Shown: positions 9,190 to 19,851, numbered from the stretch's first letter. The stretch is 64,000 bases of DNA from an uncultured Eubacterium sp. (GCA_910584345.1 CAJTZX010000014.1:11-64010), one strand, 5' to 3'. The notes: generated by a model from the letters alone, not told the origin. Numbers and translations: made by a program.

Positions 9190-11055
9190 TTATTTTCTCG
9201 ACCTTTTCTTAGACTTATTTTTTATTGCTTTTCCATCCACCGAATGGCTTTTCACATTGGTTTCTATCTGCGATGCCGGTACCGGATCCAGCTGCAGTTT
9301 CAGCTTTTTATCTACCATTTCATTTACAGAAACACCAAGGCCCATCAAAACCCAGAAAATCGGAGCAACGGATACCGTAGAGTCATTCAATATCGAAACT
9401 ATCATATACGTAAAGGTAGCAAACATAATACCAGCGCCAAGCACTTCTATACCATCCTTATAAGAAGCTCTCCAGTATAACTTCGCACCTGTAATAAAAT
9501 ACCATACATAAAATACAATAATTGCTATCATTGCCGGAACCCCGCTCTGCGTAGCTACCTGCAAATAAAAACAGTGCGGTTTGACATCCAACGCTGCCTG
9601 TGTGCCGGCATACGTCTTATTTACATAATCATTCTGCGGATACGTAACGGTATAAGTATCTGCCCCTGTTCCAAACAAAATGCTGTTTTTCAGCATTGGT
9701 ATTGTTTTAGACCAAATCGTTCCTCGTTCCTCAAATACTCTTTCTAAAAACTTAACTGCTACACGCGGCGGATTATTAATCTTATCCCATCGTCCAAATA
9801 TATTATAATAGTAATAAGTATGATCGTCTCCTTTTTTGAAATACCAGGTGATATTATCTGCGACCACCCCTAATGCGACTTCTTCATTCAAATTTACCGC
9901 CTGCACCGTAAAGCCCGGAAACCGCGGATCATCCACAACATAAAGATAGTTATTTTCATCAAATGTATGATTAATGCTCTCATTTTTATCATCATACAAA
10001 GATACGCTTATATATCCTTCCTCTGTAGTATCATATCTTGTATGAAATACCTCGCCCTGATAGGTGATAGCTATATCATCTTTCGTTTCGATTTTTGAAA
10101 TCGCATGATCCGGCGTCTCAGAAGCCGTAAACAATCTCACAAATTTCTCTATAATCAAATCATTTTTGGATATAAATGCCGCAAAAATAACTGCTGCGAC
10201 AACTGCTGCCGGGACGATAAATTTCCATGCTTTCATGATTTTCTTAAAATAAAATACAATTACAAGTATGCCGGTCAGCGCGAACGCAACAATTCCGCTT
10301 CGGTTTCCGGATGCAAGCAGACATACCAAAGACGCAACAAGCATAACCGCATAGACCGCCTTCATATACCATTTTTTATGTCGGATCAGCAGCGCAACCT
10401 CCATTGGAATCATCAATGCAAAATACGAGGCTACATAGTTTGGATTATATACCGTTAAAAAAACTCTCCCTTTTTCAAACGCCAAATCAATTCCATAGTC
10501 ACTGGCCCTGCCGCCTGTAATCAATTCCTGGCCAATATGTGTCATAAAAAAATCATACCCGGCCGCCTGTCCCACACCAAGCGCAAGCATTACCGCCAGA
10601 CCGATTGTCATCCATTTCATCACACAATCCAGCTCATCAAATGTATTTACAAACTGATACGCATAAAAAGCTATGACACAATAGCTTAGCAACACCCACA
10701 ATGTTTCAAAAACTTCCATAGAGCCATGAATGCCAAAATATTTATACTGCGAAAATAGTGTTGACAACAATGTAAATGCTGCATACACAAGCACCGGAAT
10801 AAATTGATAACTCAGCTTAAACTCCATCTGTTTCGCTTTGTACCGAAACGCAAGCAAAATACACATCACCACGCCAATCACAGTGATTGCAATCGCCTTA
10901 TGGTACATAAAAAAATCAAATTTTTCCACCTCTAGCGAAGCCCATCCAAATTGAATCAAATTAGGCTGGTATTTCTGCACAAATACAATGAGCGGCACAA
11001 TGGTCAATAATAAAATCAATGGAACCAAATAGTAGGTTGATTTTCTCTTATTCAT
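9190..11055 (-). CDS. O-antigen ligase/Wzy_C-like polytopic membrane protein
   Basis: About 12 TM segments; NPNY, SGNRSG, RGTIW, GTGADT and KPHCFYLQ motifs. Confidence 0.82.
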   Translation of the reverse strand: MNKRKSTYYLVPLILLLTIVPLIVFVQKYQPNLIQFGWASLEVEKFDFFMYHKAIAITVIGVVMCILLAFRYKAKQMEFKLSYQFIPVLVYAAFTLLSTLFSQYKYFGIHGSMEVFETLWVLLSYCVIAFYAYQFVNTFDELDCVMKWMTIGLAVMLALGVGQAAGYDFFMTHIGQELITGGRASDYGIDLAFEKGRVFLTVYNPNYVASYFALMIPMEVALLIRHKKWYMKAVYAVMLVASLVCLLASGNRSGIVAFALTGILVIVFYFKKIMKAWKFIVPAAVVAAVIFAAFISKNDLIIEKFVRLFTASETPDHAISKIETKDDIAITYQGEVFHTRYDTTEEGYISVSLYDDKNESINHTFDENNYLYVVDDPRFPGFTVQAVNLNEEVALGVVADNITWYFKKGDDHTYYYYNIFGRWDKINNPPRVAVKFLERVFEERGTIWSKTIPMLKNSILFGTGADTYTVTYPQNDYVNKTYAGTQAALDVKPHCFYLQVATQSGVPAMIAIIVFYVWYFITGAKLYWRASYKDGIEVLGAGIMFATFTYMIVSILNDSTVSVAPIFWVLMGLGVSVNEMVDKKLKLQLDPVPASQIETNVKSHSVDGKAIKNKSKKRSRK

Positions 11056-11206
11056 AAATACAATCCCTTCCTTCATTATTGTAAAGTACTTCGCTATTAT
11101 ATACTATTTTAGGATAAAAATCTATCTCTTTTCGTTATGTCTTCTGAAAATAGCAGATATTGTCCCCATCTTCATTTTTATTATTTAATTTATAGGTGAT
11201 TTACAC

Positions 11207-11235
11207 TTGACAATTGATTCGAATAAAGTTATTAT
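11207..11235 (+). promoter_or_regulatory. sigA-like promoter of RiPP cluster 1
   Basis: TTGACA-17 bp-TATTAT upstream of the precursor gene. Confidence 0.65.
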
Positions 11236-11322
11236 TATAGTATAAATTACCAGAGCAGCTCGATAATTTGTATGTATTTGTCAGCACTTTGCTGAATAAA
11301 TTAATCGAGGGGAGGAAGAATT

Positions 11323-11472
11323 ATGGGTGAATACAATGCAGATCCTTATAGTTTACAGTGCTTAGTTATATGTGGCGGTGGATGCACTCTTACTTGTGTA
11401 GTTGACTCAGGCATACCAGTGTTTGATACTGTTGGAATCGCTATGTCTATAAATTCAGACTTCGATAGCTAA
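11323..11472 (+). CDS. RiPP (sactipeptide/ranthipeptide-type) precursor, 49 aa: MGEYNADPYSLQCLVICGGGCTLTCVVDSGIPVFDTVGIAMSINSDFDS
   Basis: Hand-translated and below the ORF-track size cutoff; GGAGG RBS; CX3CX3CX3C; directly upstream of two rSAM/SPASM genes. Confidence 0.88.
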   Translation: MGEYNADPYSLQCLVICGGGCTLTCVVDSGIPVFDTVGIAMSINSDFDS

Positions 11473-11490
11473 TATAATGGCACGTATGTT

Positions 11491-11541
11491 AAGACCCCTG
11501 TACGATTTGCCTTTTGATTGCATTTCGTACAGTGGCCTTTT
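11491..11541 (+). terminator. Stem-loop between the precursor and the first rSAM gene
   Basis: ctgtacga...tcgtacag inverted repeat followed by a T run. Confidence 0.6.
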
Positions 11542-11565
11542 CTATAGCAATAACGGGAGGAAAAT

Positions 11566-12969
11566 ATGATAAATCCTATCTATTTTAAAACCACGAATCA
11601 CAATAAATATATATATGATAATAGCACAAGAATGGTTCTACCAGTAAATAACTATAACATTACTAATGAGCATATAAAAGATTCAACTATTATCGATGAA
11701 CGGCTACTTACCGAAATCCAAAAAGACTATCCAGATATACCATTATTTGCTGATATCAATATCAAAGAACAACAAGAAGAATTACTCAATCATTGTTTTC
11801 AGCACGTACATGAAAATGGAATCAGGCAATTAATCTTAATGATAACCGAACAATGTAATTTTCGATGTAACTATTGTATTTACTCAGATATGTATTCATA
11901 CTCACGATACCATAGTTTTAATTCCATGTCATGGTCAATTGCAAAAAAATCAATCGATTATTATATGGCATTTAACAAAGAGAGCCTTACCTATAATCCT
12001 ACGCTTTTGCCATGTATAGGTTTTTATGGCGGAGAAGCCCTTATCAACTGGAATTTGATTGTTAAAGTTGTTAATTATGTGGAAAGTAACTATCGAAAAA
12101 CATTTAATAATTTAATGTATTCTATTACAACAAATGGCAGTTTGATGGACAGAGAAAAAATTATTTTCATGCTTGAACATAATTTCTTTATTAATATTAG
12201 TATTGATGGTTATAAGGAAAATCACAATCGCAATAGAAAATATGTTTCCGGTAAAGCCACTTTCGAAGACATTATGAAAAACATTTCCATATTAGAAGAA
12301 GAGTTTAAAAAAAGAAATAAACCGGAAAAAAATCTAACATCTTACCAATTTGTAATGACTTACGACAATGAAACTTCTATAAATAAACTGATAGAAGAAG
12401 CTGATAAAAATTCAGAGCTGTATGCTCATTTTGCCAGAATGAGTAAAGTTAGAGGAATTGATACAAATTATTATTCAAATCAATGTTCTGAAACGAGAAT
12501 AAATAACGAAATTGCATTTCATATAAAAAAATATATGCAAAATGAAACTAAAAACAAAATAGCAGAAATTTTATATAAACAAAATGTATTAATACCAGCT
12601 TTCAATACTCAGTTTTCTAATAATATTTCAGGAGGAACCTGTATTGCTGGTGAAAAACTGGCTGTTTCATCTGACGGAAAATTTTATATCTGTGAAAAAA
12701 TTGACTATCAGTCTCCTATAGGTGATGTTGACCATGGACTTGACTTTAAGTTACAGCATAAATACCTGAAAGAATACTTTGATATGAGAAATAAGCATTG
12801 TATAGATTGCAACTTGTCAAACATATGTAATCAATGCTATTCGCAATGCTCAAATGGAGATGGTAATTTCAACTTAAATTTAGAAATGTGTGAAAAAATG
12901 AAAAAAAATGCTGCACAAATTTTTTCTATTTATTACACTGCACGCGAAAATAGAGTTGATTTTATATAA
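11566..12969 (+). CDS. Radical SAM/SPASM peptide maturase
   Basis: CNFRCNYC, FYGGEAL, TTNG, SIDG; SPASM cysteines (TCIAG...YICEK...CIDC...CNQCYSQC...C); N-terminal extension. Confidence 0.92.
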   Translation: MINPIYFKTTNHNKYIYDNSTRMVLPVNNYNITNEHIKDSTIIDERLLTEIQKDYPDIPLFADINIKEQQEELLNHCFQHVHENGIRQLILMITEQCNFRCNYCIYSDMYSYSRYHSFNSMSWSIAKKSIDYYMAFNKESLTYNPTLLPCIGFYGGEALINWNLIVKVVNYVESNYRKTFNNLMYSITTNGSLMDREKIIFMLEHNFFINISIDGYKENHNRNRKYVSGKATFEDIMKNISILEEEFKKRNKPEKNLTSYQFVMTYDNETSINKLIEEADKNSELYAHFARMSKVRGIDTNYYSNQCSETRINNEIAFHIKKYMQNETKNKIAEILYKQNVLIPAFNTQFSNNISGGTCIAGEKLAVSSDGKFYICEKIDYQSPIGDVDHGLDFKLQHKYLKEYFDMRNKHCIDCNLSNICNQCYSQCSNGDGNFNLNLEMCEKMKKNAAQIFSIYYTARENRVDFI

Positions 12970-12986
12970 ATCGAGAGGTGATATGA

Positions 12987-14210
12987 ATGTACTTTACATT
13001 AAATGCAAATATGAAAATGGTTGCAGGTATAAACAGATATGTTTGCCATTCCTTACTTGACGGCAAAATATATTTTTTTGATGCTATACATAAAAATATA
13101 ATTGCAGAACTCTTGCATAAAAAAAGTCTTGCAGAACTTAAAGAAAAATATGATGAAAAAGACATTGACAATGTACAAAAATTCCTTATTGAAAAGCATA
13201 TTGGATTCTTTGAAAGCTCCAAAACTACCTATGTTTCTACTATAAAAAAAAGCCCCTTTAAAAATTCAGTTGAACGAATGAAAAAATTTTCAATAGATAG
13301 TATCATGATTAGATTAAACGGTGACTGCAACCTGAATTGTAGTTACTGCACCAAAAGAAATGATATCATAAAAGTTCCATGCATGTGTTTTAAATCGTTA
13401 GAAAAAGAAAATGTTTATGTTTATGAGAGCATAGATCAGGCCCAGAAATTAGGAGTTCGTCAAATTGAACTTATTGGAGGAGAGCCTTTTTTACACAAAG
13501 ACAAAGTTTTTCAGATATTAGATAGCTATAAAAATGCTCCTTTGCATTTTGTAATATATACAAATGGAATTCATTTAAATAAAAATGATATCATAAGGTT
13601 GAGAGAACGTAAAGTATATATCATTCTTAGAGTATTTACCTTTAGAAAAGAATATGAATACCAAATTACAGGAACTAATGGCTATGAATATTCTATAAAA
13701 GAAAAAATGAAACTGCTTGATTTGCTCAATCTAAACTATCATGTTGAATTTGTTATAAATAAATATACTGAAAAAGAATTGAAAGATCCATTTATAATAA
13801 AACTAATACAACAAAATAAGCTACAAACAAAATATGCCTTGCCTTCTGCAAAAGATTCTTTATCTTATGAAAAACCCTTAAAAATAAAAATCAGAAATAG
13901 TATAATATGGTTGGAAAATTATGAACAAGCAGAAAACACAAACTTATGTTTCAGAAAAGGTTCTTTCATTGATGCCGATGGCAGTATTTATCCTTGTATT
14001 GGTTTAACACACTCAACTTATAAATGGGGAAATATGAAAAACGGGTTATATAAAGTATACCAAGCAGAAAAGCATAAAAAATTCTGGAATATGAGTAACG
14101 AAAACGATCCTGAATGCAAAAATTGCGCGGAACGATTAATGTGCATAAACTGCAAAGCATATAAAATTCAGTCATCTAATAACGAATTTAAGTGTTGTGA
14201 CAAACAGTAA
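12987..14210 (+). CDS. Second radical SAM/SPASM protein
   Basis: CNLNCSYC, IGGEPFLH, YTNG, LCF...IYPC, CKNC...CINC. Confidence 0.9.
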   Translation: MYFTLNANMKMVAGINRYVCHSLLDGKIYFFDAIHKNIIAELLHKKSLAELKEKYDEKDIDNVQKFLIEKHIGFFESSKTTYVSTIKKSPFKNSVERMKKFSIDSIMIRLNGDCNLNCSYCTKRNDIIKVPCMCFKSLEKENVYVYESIDQAQKLGVRQIELIGGEPFLHKDKVFQILDSYKNAPLHFVIYTNGIHLNKNDIIRLRERKVYIILRVFTFRKEYEYQITGTNGYEYSIKEKMKLLDLLNLNYHVEFVINKYTEKELKDPFIIKLIQQNKLQTKYALPSAKDSLSYEKPLKIKIRNSIIWLENYEQAENTNLCFRKGSFIDADGSIYPCIGLTHSTYKWGNMKNGLYKVYQAEKHKKFWNMSNENDPECKNCAERLMCINCKAYKIQSSNNEFKCCDKQ

Positions 14211-14219
14211 GGAGTCCTT

Positions 14220-14867
14220 ATGTCTGAAATTTATTTAGAGCTTTTAAATATCAATAAAAAAATTGATTCTTTCTCTTTAGATCATATATCTTATCAATTT
14301 AAGCAGGCACATTTGTATTACCTGCAAGGTAAAAATGGTTCAGGTAAAACAACTTTATTTAATATCATAGCCGGATTCATATTTCCTGATTCAGGAAAAG
14401 TCTTATTTTGGGGTAAAACGATAAAAGGAAATGAAAATTTTATTAAAAACAAATTTGCCTTTATCCCGAACTATGTAGCATTACCCTCACATGTTACCCC
14501 AAAATTTCTTTCTAACTTGTATAACAGTATGTACTGCAGCTTTAATTCGAATCGCTTTATTGAGCATCTATACAAGCTCAAAATTAATGACAAAAATCAG
14601 CCAATTGGTTCTATGTCAGATGGAATGAAAAAGAAAGTCCTTATAGCATTAGAGTTATCCTATGATCCGGATATTTTAATTGCTGATGAAATTTGTAATA
14701 ATTTAGATGAATCTGCCATTTTATATTTATTTGAACAGCTTGAAAATCTAAGAGTTCAAAATAAAAGCCTGGTAATCATTACATCTCATGATAAGCGAGA
14801 ACTTATGAAATATGATCCGATTATTATCGATCTTAAAAATGGAAGAATAGCAGGAGAATTTGTATGA
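14220..14867 (+). CDS. ABC transporter ATP-binding protein (likely immunity/export)
   Basis: GKNGSGKT Walker A, MSDGMKKK signature, ILIADE, SHD. Confidence 0.9.
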   Translation: MSEIYLELLNINKKIDSFSLDHISYQFKQAHLYYLQGKNGSGKTTLFNIIAGFIFPDSGKVLFWGKTIKGNENFIKNKFAFIPNYVALPSHVTPKFLSNLYNSMYCSFNSNRFIEHLYKLKINDKNQPIGSMSDGMKKKVLIALELSYDPDILIADEICNNLDESAILYLFEQLENLRVQNKSLVIITSHDKRELMKYDPIIIDLKNGRIAGEFV

Positions 14868-15499
14868 AATATTTATTATTAGTAGATTTTAAAAGCGTCA
14901 AAAAATTATTAATTATATATTATACTATCATTCTACTTGTGACTGTCGTTATATATCCTATCGCAGGATGGATTGGCATCCTTTTTATCATTAAGATAGA
15001 AAGAGACATATGCAAATCAAATGCCATAATGGAATTACCGAAATTATACAAAAATTTTCCTGATAAAAACCTTTATCCTGATGAAAAAAATCTATTGTTT
15101 TATCTAGTAATTTCAGGAGCTTTTATTTTATGGGGAATCAGCTGTTTTTTCATTAAAGTTGAAGATTTTGCACTCCTTAGCGATAAATTAAGACTTATAC
15201 TGGGACTTAGTATGTTTGGTATGTCCATATGCAACGTATATCACATAAGTTGGCTTCATTTTTTCTTTAAATATGGAGATACTCAAAAATGCCGACAGAT
15301 TATTAGCAAATTTTATATTATTCTTGCTTTTTCAGTTGTTTTTTTGACTAAAAATGATTATGTTTATAAAAAACTGGGTAGAATTTTCGAATTCAGCTGC
15401 CAAACATGTATTATTTTAACTGCAATCAATATTATATTAACATTATTTTCTTATATAATTGCAAGAAAATCTTATGAAAAGAGTGAGGTATTTAAATGA
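14864..15499 (+). CDS. ABC-2-type permease
   Basis: Several TM segments; overlaps the stop codon of the ATPase gene. Confidence 0.7.
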   Translation: MKYLLLVDFKSVKKLLIIYYTIILLVTVVIYPIAGWIGILFIIKIERDICKSNAIMELPKLYKNFPDKNLYPDEKNLLFYLVISGAFILWGISCFFIKVEDFALLSDKLRLILGLSMFGMSICNVYHISWLHFFFKYGDTQKCRQIISKFYIILAFSVVFLTKNDYVYKKLGRIFEFSCQTCIILTAINIILTLFSYIIARKSYEKSEVFK

Positions 15500-16053
15500 A
15501 ATGGCTATTTTTGAATGATATAAAATTATCAGTAAAAGGCTTTTTATTATATTACGTTCTGCTTATATTTTCTTATATTACAAAATATAAGTTACCTATA
15601 CATCTGCTGCAGGGACTCGTTTATTTTTATTGTACACTTAATATACTTTATAGCGATTTTTCTAATCATACCGCCTGTTTTTATACATTGTTTCCCAAAA
15701 AAAGATACTTCTTAATTATTCAAAAAAATATAACTATTTTGATATTTATTATCATTCTAAATATGTCGTCATTTTTACTTTTTTCTGACACGATAAATTA
15801 TTTTTTAAATTCAGTATGCTTATATTGGCTGATGGGAAGTATTCTTCTTCTATTCTTTTTTCATTTCAAGATTGCTTATGCAAGCAGCCTGATGCAGATT
15901 GCAATCTATTGCTTATATTTTATTATGTACTCAATGAATAAATATTTTAAGCAATTTGAATTGAATCATATATTAATATTAACAATAGTATTAATACTAA
16001 ATACACTAAATATCATACTATATCGCTCTAAAAATTTTATGACCAATGAATAA
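15496..16053 (+). CDS. ABC-2-type permease
   Basis: Highly hydrophobic; ATGA overlap with the previous gene. Confidence 0.7.
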   Translation: MKWLFLNDIKLSVKGFLLYYVLLIFSYITKYKLPIHLLQGLVYFYCTLNILYSDFSNHTACFYTLFPKKRYFLIIQKNITILIFIIILNMSSFLLFSDTINYFLNSVCLYWLMGSILLLFFFHFKIAYASSLMQIAIYCLYFIMYSMNKYFKQFELNHILILTIVLILNTLNIILYRSKNFMTNE

Positions 16054-16073
16054 CAGAAAGGGTAAATTAAATA

Positions 16074-17753
16074 GTGAAAAAACAAATCATTTGGAAAGAA
16101 CTATTATTTTTATCACCTTATTTAAAACCATATAAAATAAAAACCTTTATCTACTTGATAATTATCATAGGATTATCAATATTAGCTTTGCCACTTCCCG
16201 CTCTTAACGGAGCATGTATGGATATGCTAACAGCACAGAATCAATATCCTAAGTTTTTCTTTTTTATATTCTTAATTTTATTTATAAATATATCAAAATT
16301 TATGATATCCAAATCCATCAAAAAAAATGTAGGAAGACTTGGAAATCATATTGTTAAAGATCTGAAAATGGATTTAATCCTTAAATCATTTTACCTTCCA
16401 ATGGACTACATCGACAGTATTAATGGTGGTTATCTTTTTTCAAGAATAAATGAATGTGAAAATATAAGAAGATTATTTTCTACTAATTTGGTGACACTAT
16501 TATTAGGAATACTGGATTTGATGTTATCATTCATCGCTATTATATTTATCAGTACAAAGATGACTATGATTACTCTATCATTTATTCCTCTACTATATTT
16601 CTTAATAAAATATAATTCAGAAAAACTTACACAAGCCACAACAGTAGTTGCAGAACAAAACGCAAAAGTGACAAGTACCATTGTAAACATTCTAAACAGC
16701 ATAAAATTTATCAAAATATTAAATCTTTATCATTTTCAAACACAAAATACAAACCGCGAACTGGAACAGTTATTAAACACTCAAAATGAACAGGTTAAAT
16801 GGAATACCAACTATACAGAATCTATCCAATTAATAAGCAGCTTACATAATCTTCTTATTTTAGCAGTAGCCGGATATTTCATTTTTACAGGAAAAATGTC
16901 CATCGGCTTATATATAACATATATAGGCTATAGCGGAAAATTATTTGGAAATGTGCTTTCGTTTTCCAGCTTTAGCGTATTAATCAATCCGGTTATCGTA
17001 AGCATTAAAAGAATAAAAGAGTTTTATCATATAGATCAGGAAAAAAACGGCCCTGACAAATGCGAACGTTCTGTTGAAAAAATAAGAATCGATCATATTT
17101 CCTTTCATTATGGTAGTTCAAAGAACAAATACATATTAAATAATCTGACTTTCACAATATCCAAAAACAAACCCGTTTTATTAATCGGAAATAACGGCTC
17201 AGGAAAAACAACATTACTCTCTTTGCTTTTAGGCCTATACGATGTACAAAAGGGCAATATCACTATTGGAAATATAAATATTAATTCATTAAACAAAGAA
17301 GATTTAAGAAATCAGATATCTTACATGTCTCAAGATACAGGGATTTTTGAAGGAAGCCTGGAGGAAAATCTATTAATTGGTTCCAAAGATTCCATAAATA
17401 TCATTCAGAAATTAAAAGAATTGCGGCTTGAAAACATGTTTGAAAAACTTGGGCTTAATTTAAATCATCCTATTACGCATAATGGCACAAATCTATCCGG
17501 AGGACAAAAACAAATTATTACTTTTCTAAGAGTTGCGCTTCAAAATCGGCAAATAGTAATTTTAGATGAACCAACAAATTCATTAGATGTATCTTCCAAA
17601 TATGATCTTATACAATTTATAAAAGAACATTGTATAGCCAAAAAAATTCTTATTATAGTAACACATGATGAAAAACTGGCAGCAGACTTCGAATGTTTTG
17701 AAACGCAAACAATAAAATTAACAGAAAGTTCGGAAAACACATCATATCCATAA
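16074..17753 (+). CDS. ABC exporter (TMD+NBD) with no C39 peptidase domain
   Basis: N-terminal TM domain; GNNGSGKT, LSGGQKQ, ILDEPT. Confidence 0.9.
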   Translation: MKKQIIWKELLFLSPYLKPYKIKTFIYLIIIIGLSILALPLPALNGACMDMLTAQNQYPKFFFFIFLILFINISKFMISKSIKKNVGRLGNHIVKDLKMDLILKSFYLPMDYIDSINGGYLFSRINECENIRRLFSTNLVTLLLGILDLMLSFIAIIFISTKMTMITLSFIPLLYFLIKYNSEKLTQATTVVAEQNAKVTSTIVNILNSIKFIKILNLYHFQTQNTNRELEQLLNTQNEQVKWNTNYTESIQLISSLHNLLILAVAGYFIFTGKMSIGLYITYIGYSGKLFGNVLSFSSFSVLINPVIVSIKRIKEFYHIDQEKNGPDKCERSVEKIRIDHISFHYGSSKNKYILNNLTFTISKNKPVLLIGNNGSGKTTLLSLLLGLYDVQKGNITIGNININSLNKEDLRNQISYMSQDTGIFEGSLEENLLIGSKDSINIIQKLKELRLENMFEKLGLNLNHPITHNGTNLSGGQKQIITFLRVALQNRQIVILDEPTNSLDVSSKYDLIQFIKEHCIAKKILIIVTHDEKLAADFECFETQTIKLTESSENTSYP

Positions 17754-17803
17754 TCATTTTATTGAATTTCTCAGCTGTAATATTAGGAACTGTATGTAAA
17801 TAT

Positions 17804-17835
17804 AAAGACCTCAGCCATTCTATTCTGAGGTCTTT
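17804..17835. terminator. Probable bidirectional terminator between convergent genes
   Basis: aaagacctcag...ctgaggtcttt 11-bp inverted repeat. Confidence 0.7.
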
Positions 17836-17846
17836 TCAAAAAACTA

Positions 17847-19217
17847 TTATTTGCAATAGCAAACAGAATAAATCGTCACCGCATGCTCTCCTGCTCCAAC
17901 AAGAATCTGATCCAGCGTATTTTCAAAATTATCTGTTCCAAATGCCTGTACACAATTCTGATAAGAATATTTTGCGAAAGAATGGCCGTTTGCTGTGCCT
18001 GTTTCACTGGCACGTACAACCTTCCACTTATCACCATCTGACCAGCTCTGTAAAATAAACTCCGGCTCCGCTCCGCTGTATTCTACATAAAAATAGCCGT
18101 CTGGCTTCATTTGTGCAGCGCTGAAACTTCCGCCGTTTTTTGCCATTGGAATCGTAACCGCCTGTTTCCATGGCTGTGCTGTAACTTCTCCCCAAAACAG
18201 AGAAATATATGGATCACTAAATACTGTACAAATCTGAGAAGTCTGACGGATACCGTCCACTCCATTGACAAGACGGTTTCCCCACTCCGTTAAACCGGTG
18301 CCCGCCCAGTCTGTCGCAATGTCAAGATAAGCATACTTATCATTATTTCCATACCATGACCAGCCAAGATATCCAATATTTTTTGTACGGCATTCAGACA
18401 TAATTGTATCTTCGTCAACGTCTCCGTCTGTATGTCTGTGGGCAAATTCACCGATTACTAATGGCGATCCGATGCCTAGTGCATTATTTATATTCTGCTT
18501 TACAGTATCAGCGGAACCGCCCGCATATTCATACATATGAATGGAAAATACGACGTTTTTTTGAGGATCAGACTCAAAAACTGATTTTCCGTAGTCCCGG
18601 ATAGAATCCGGATATTGTCCCCAGCCTGCACAATCGACCATCAGCATATTCTTAATACCTGCTTCTCGAAGCATTTGGACTGCTGTCCGATAGCCTTCTG
18701 CCCATTTCGCGCCATCCCACGTACCATGCCATTCATTTGCAATATTCACAATGACATACTTTTCATTCCCAATCAGAGCATTTTTCATCTCGATCCAATA
18801 TCTTACTGCATTCATCAGCGAATCAACACTGTCACTTCCCGTTGCATCATGCACGTCCAGCACACAAATCATCTGATTCTGCTTACACCATTCAATAATC
18901 TGTACAAGCTCGTTATAAGTCGTTTTCGTGTAAGTCTCACCGTCTGCAACAACAATTCGAACCGTATTGGAATCGGTTTTTGCAATCGCATCGATCGCTG
19001 TCTTTGTCTCTGCAGGGAACCAGGCATGAGGAACATTAATCCCCCGCATAACGAACGGGTTTCCGTTCGCATCATAAATAGTTGTTCCGTTTACATAAAA
19101 GCCATCTGAAGCTGCTTTGGCCGTAACCGGACGGATGCCTGCCATAACAAGAACTGCTGCAATCATAACAGCAATTCGGATGACAGCCGTTTGTAAAGAT
19201 GTTTTCATTTGTGTCAT
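17847..19217 (-). CDS. Secreted GH5 endo-beta-1,4-mannanase-like enzyme with a C-terminal carbohydrate-binding module (CBM65-like)
   Basis: Signal peptide ending AKA; HDATG, NIANEW (acid/base), SIHMY, IGEF (nucleophile), WSW; C-terminal WKQAV...LQSWS module. Confidence 0.88.
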   Translation of the reverse strand: MTQMKTSLQTAVIRIAVMIAAVLVMAGIRPVTAKAASDGFYVNGTTIYDANGNPFVMRGINVPHAWFPAETKTAIDAIAKTDSNTVRIVVADGETYTKTTYNELVQIIEWCKQNQMICVLDVHDATGSDSVDSLMNAVRYWIEMKNALIGNEKYVIVNIANEWHGTWDGAKWAEGYRTAVQMLREAGIKNMLMVDCAGWGQYPDSIRDYGKSVFESDPQKNVVFSIHMYEYAGGSADTVKQNINNALGIGSPLVIGEFAHRHTDGDVDEDTIMSECRTKNIGYLGWSWYGNNDKYAYLDIATDWAGTGLTEWGNRLVNGVDGIRQTSQICTVFSDPYISLFWGEVTAQPWKQAVTIPMAKNGGSFSAAQMKPDGYFYVEYSGAEPEFILQSWSDGDKWKVVRASETGTANGHSFAKYSYQNCVQAFGTDNFENTLDQILVGAGEHAVTIYSVCYCK

Positions 19218-19650
19218 AACGTACTCCTTTCTCTTGATTATGTATGACGTTTGTTTATATATATACTTTAATGCAAATTAATATTAATGTCAATAGTAAT
19301 TTATAAAATATTTAAAATTCCTTAAAAACATTTCATTTTTAGCTTTAATTAATTTCATTCAAATAATTATTCCTGAATATACATGCCTTGGAGTACATTT
19401 TTTATACATTTCCTGCAGCTTGCCGAAGGTTGTTTTTAGCATATTCTATGCTGTTAATGACTTCATGAGATATCACAAATATGCTACGTTAATTTGTCAA
19501 AAAATACCCTTTTCTACAACTCGCTGATAATGTTGGAGAACCAATCCTATTTTTGCCTTCTATACGTGCAAAAGTGGAAGAATATGCTCCACTGCCAGAC
19601 ACTATCCCTTTATTATGGTATTTTAGTATCAAGATACTTATAACCCACGC

Positions 19651-19784
19651 TAAATAAGCATACCTTTGACTGGCTTAAATTTTCAGGAGCACATGGCAAA
19701 AATCCTCAATGTACGCCCGGTACACCTCCAGTTTTTGCCATGCACTCCCTAAAATTTATTCTCAGTCAAAGGTATGCTTATTTA
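19651..19784. repeat. 134-bp palindromic MITE/REP-like element
   Basis: 22-bp perfect terminal inverted repeat taaataagcatacctttgactg / cagtcaaaggtatgcttattta; nested inner stems (catggcaaaaa/tttttgccatg, gtac/gtac). Confidence 0.75.
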
Positions 19785-19851
19785 AATCTATTCATCATGT
19801 CATTTGTTTTCAATTTCTTGCTGATGCTCATATAGTAATTAAAGCTTTATT

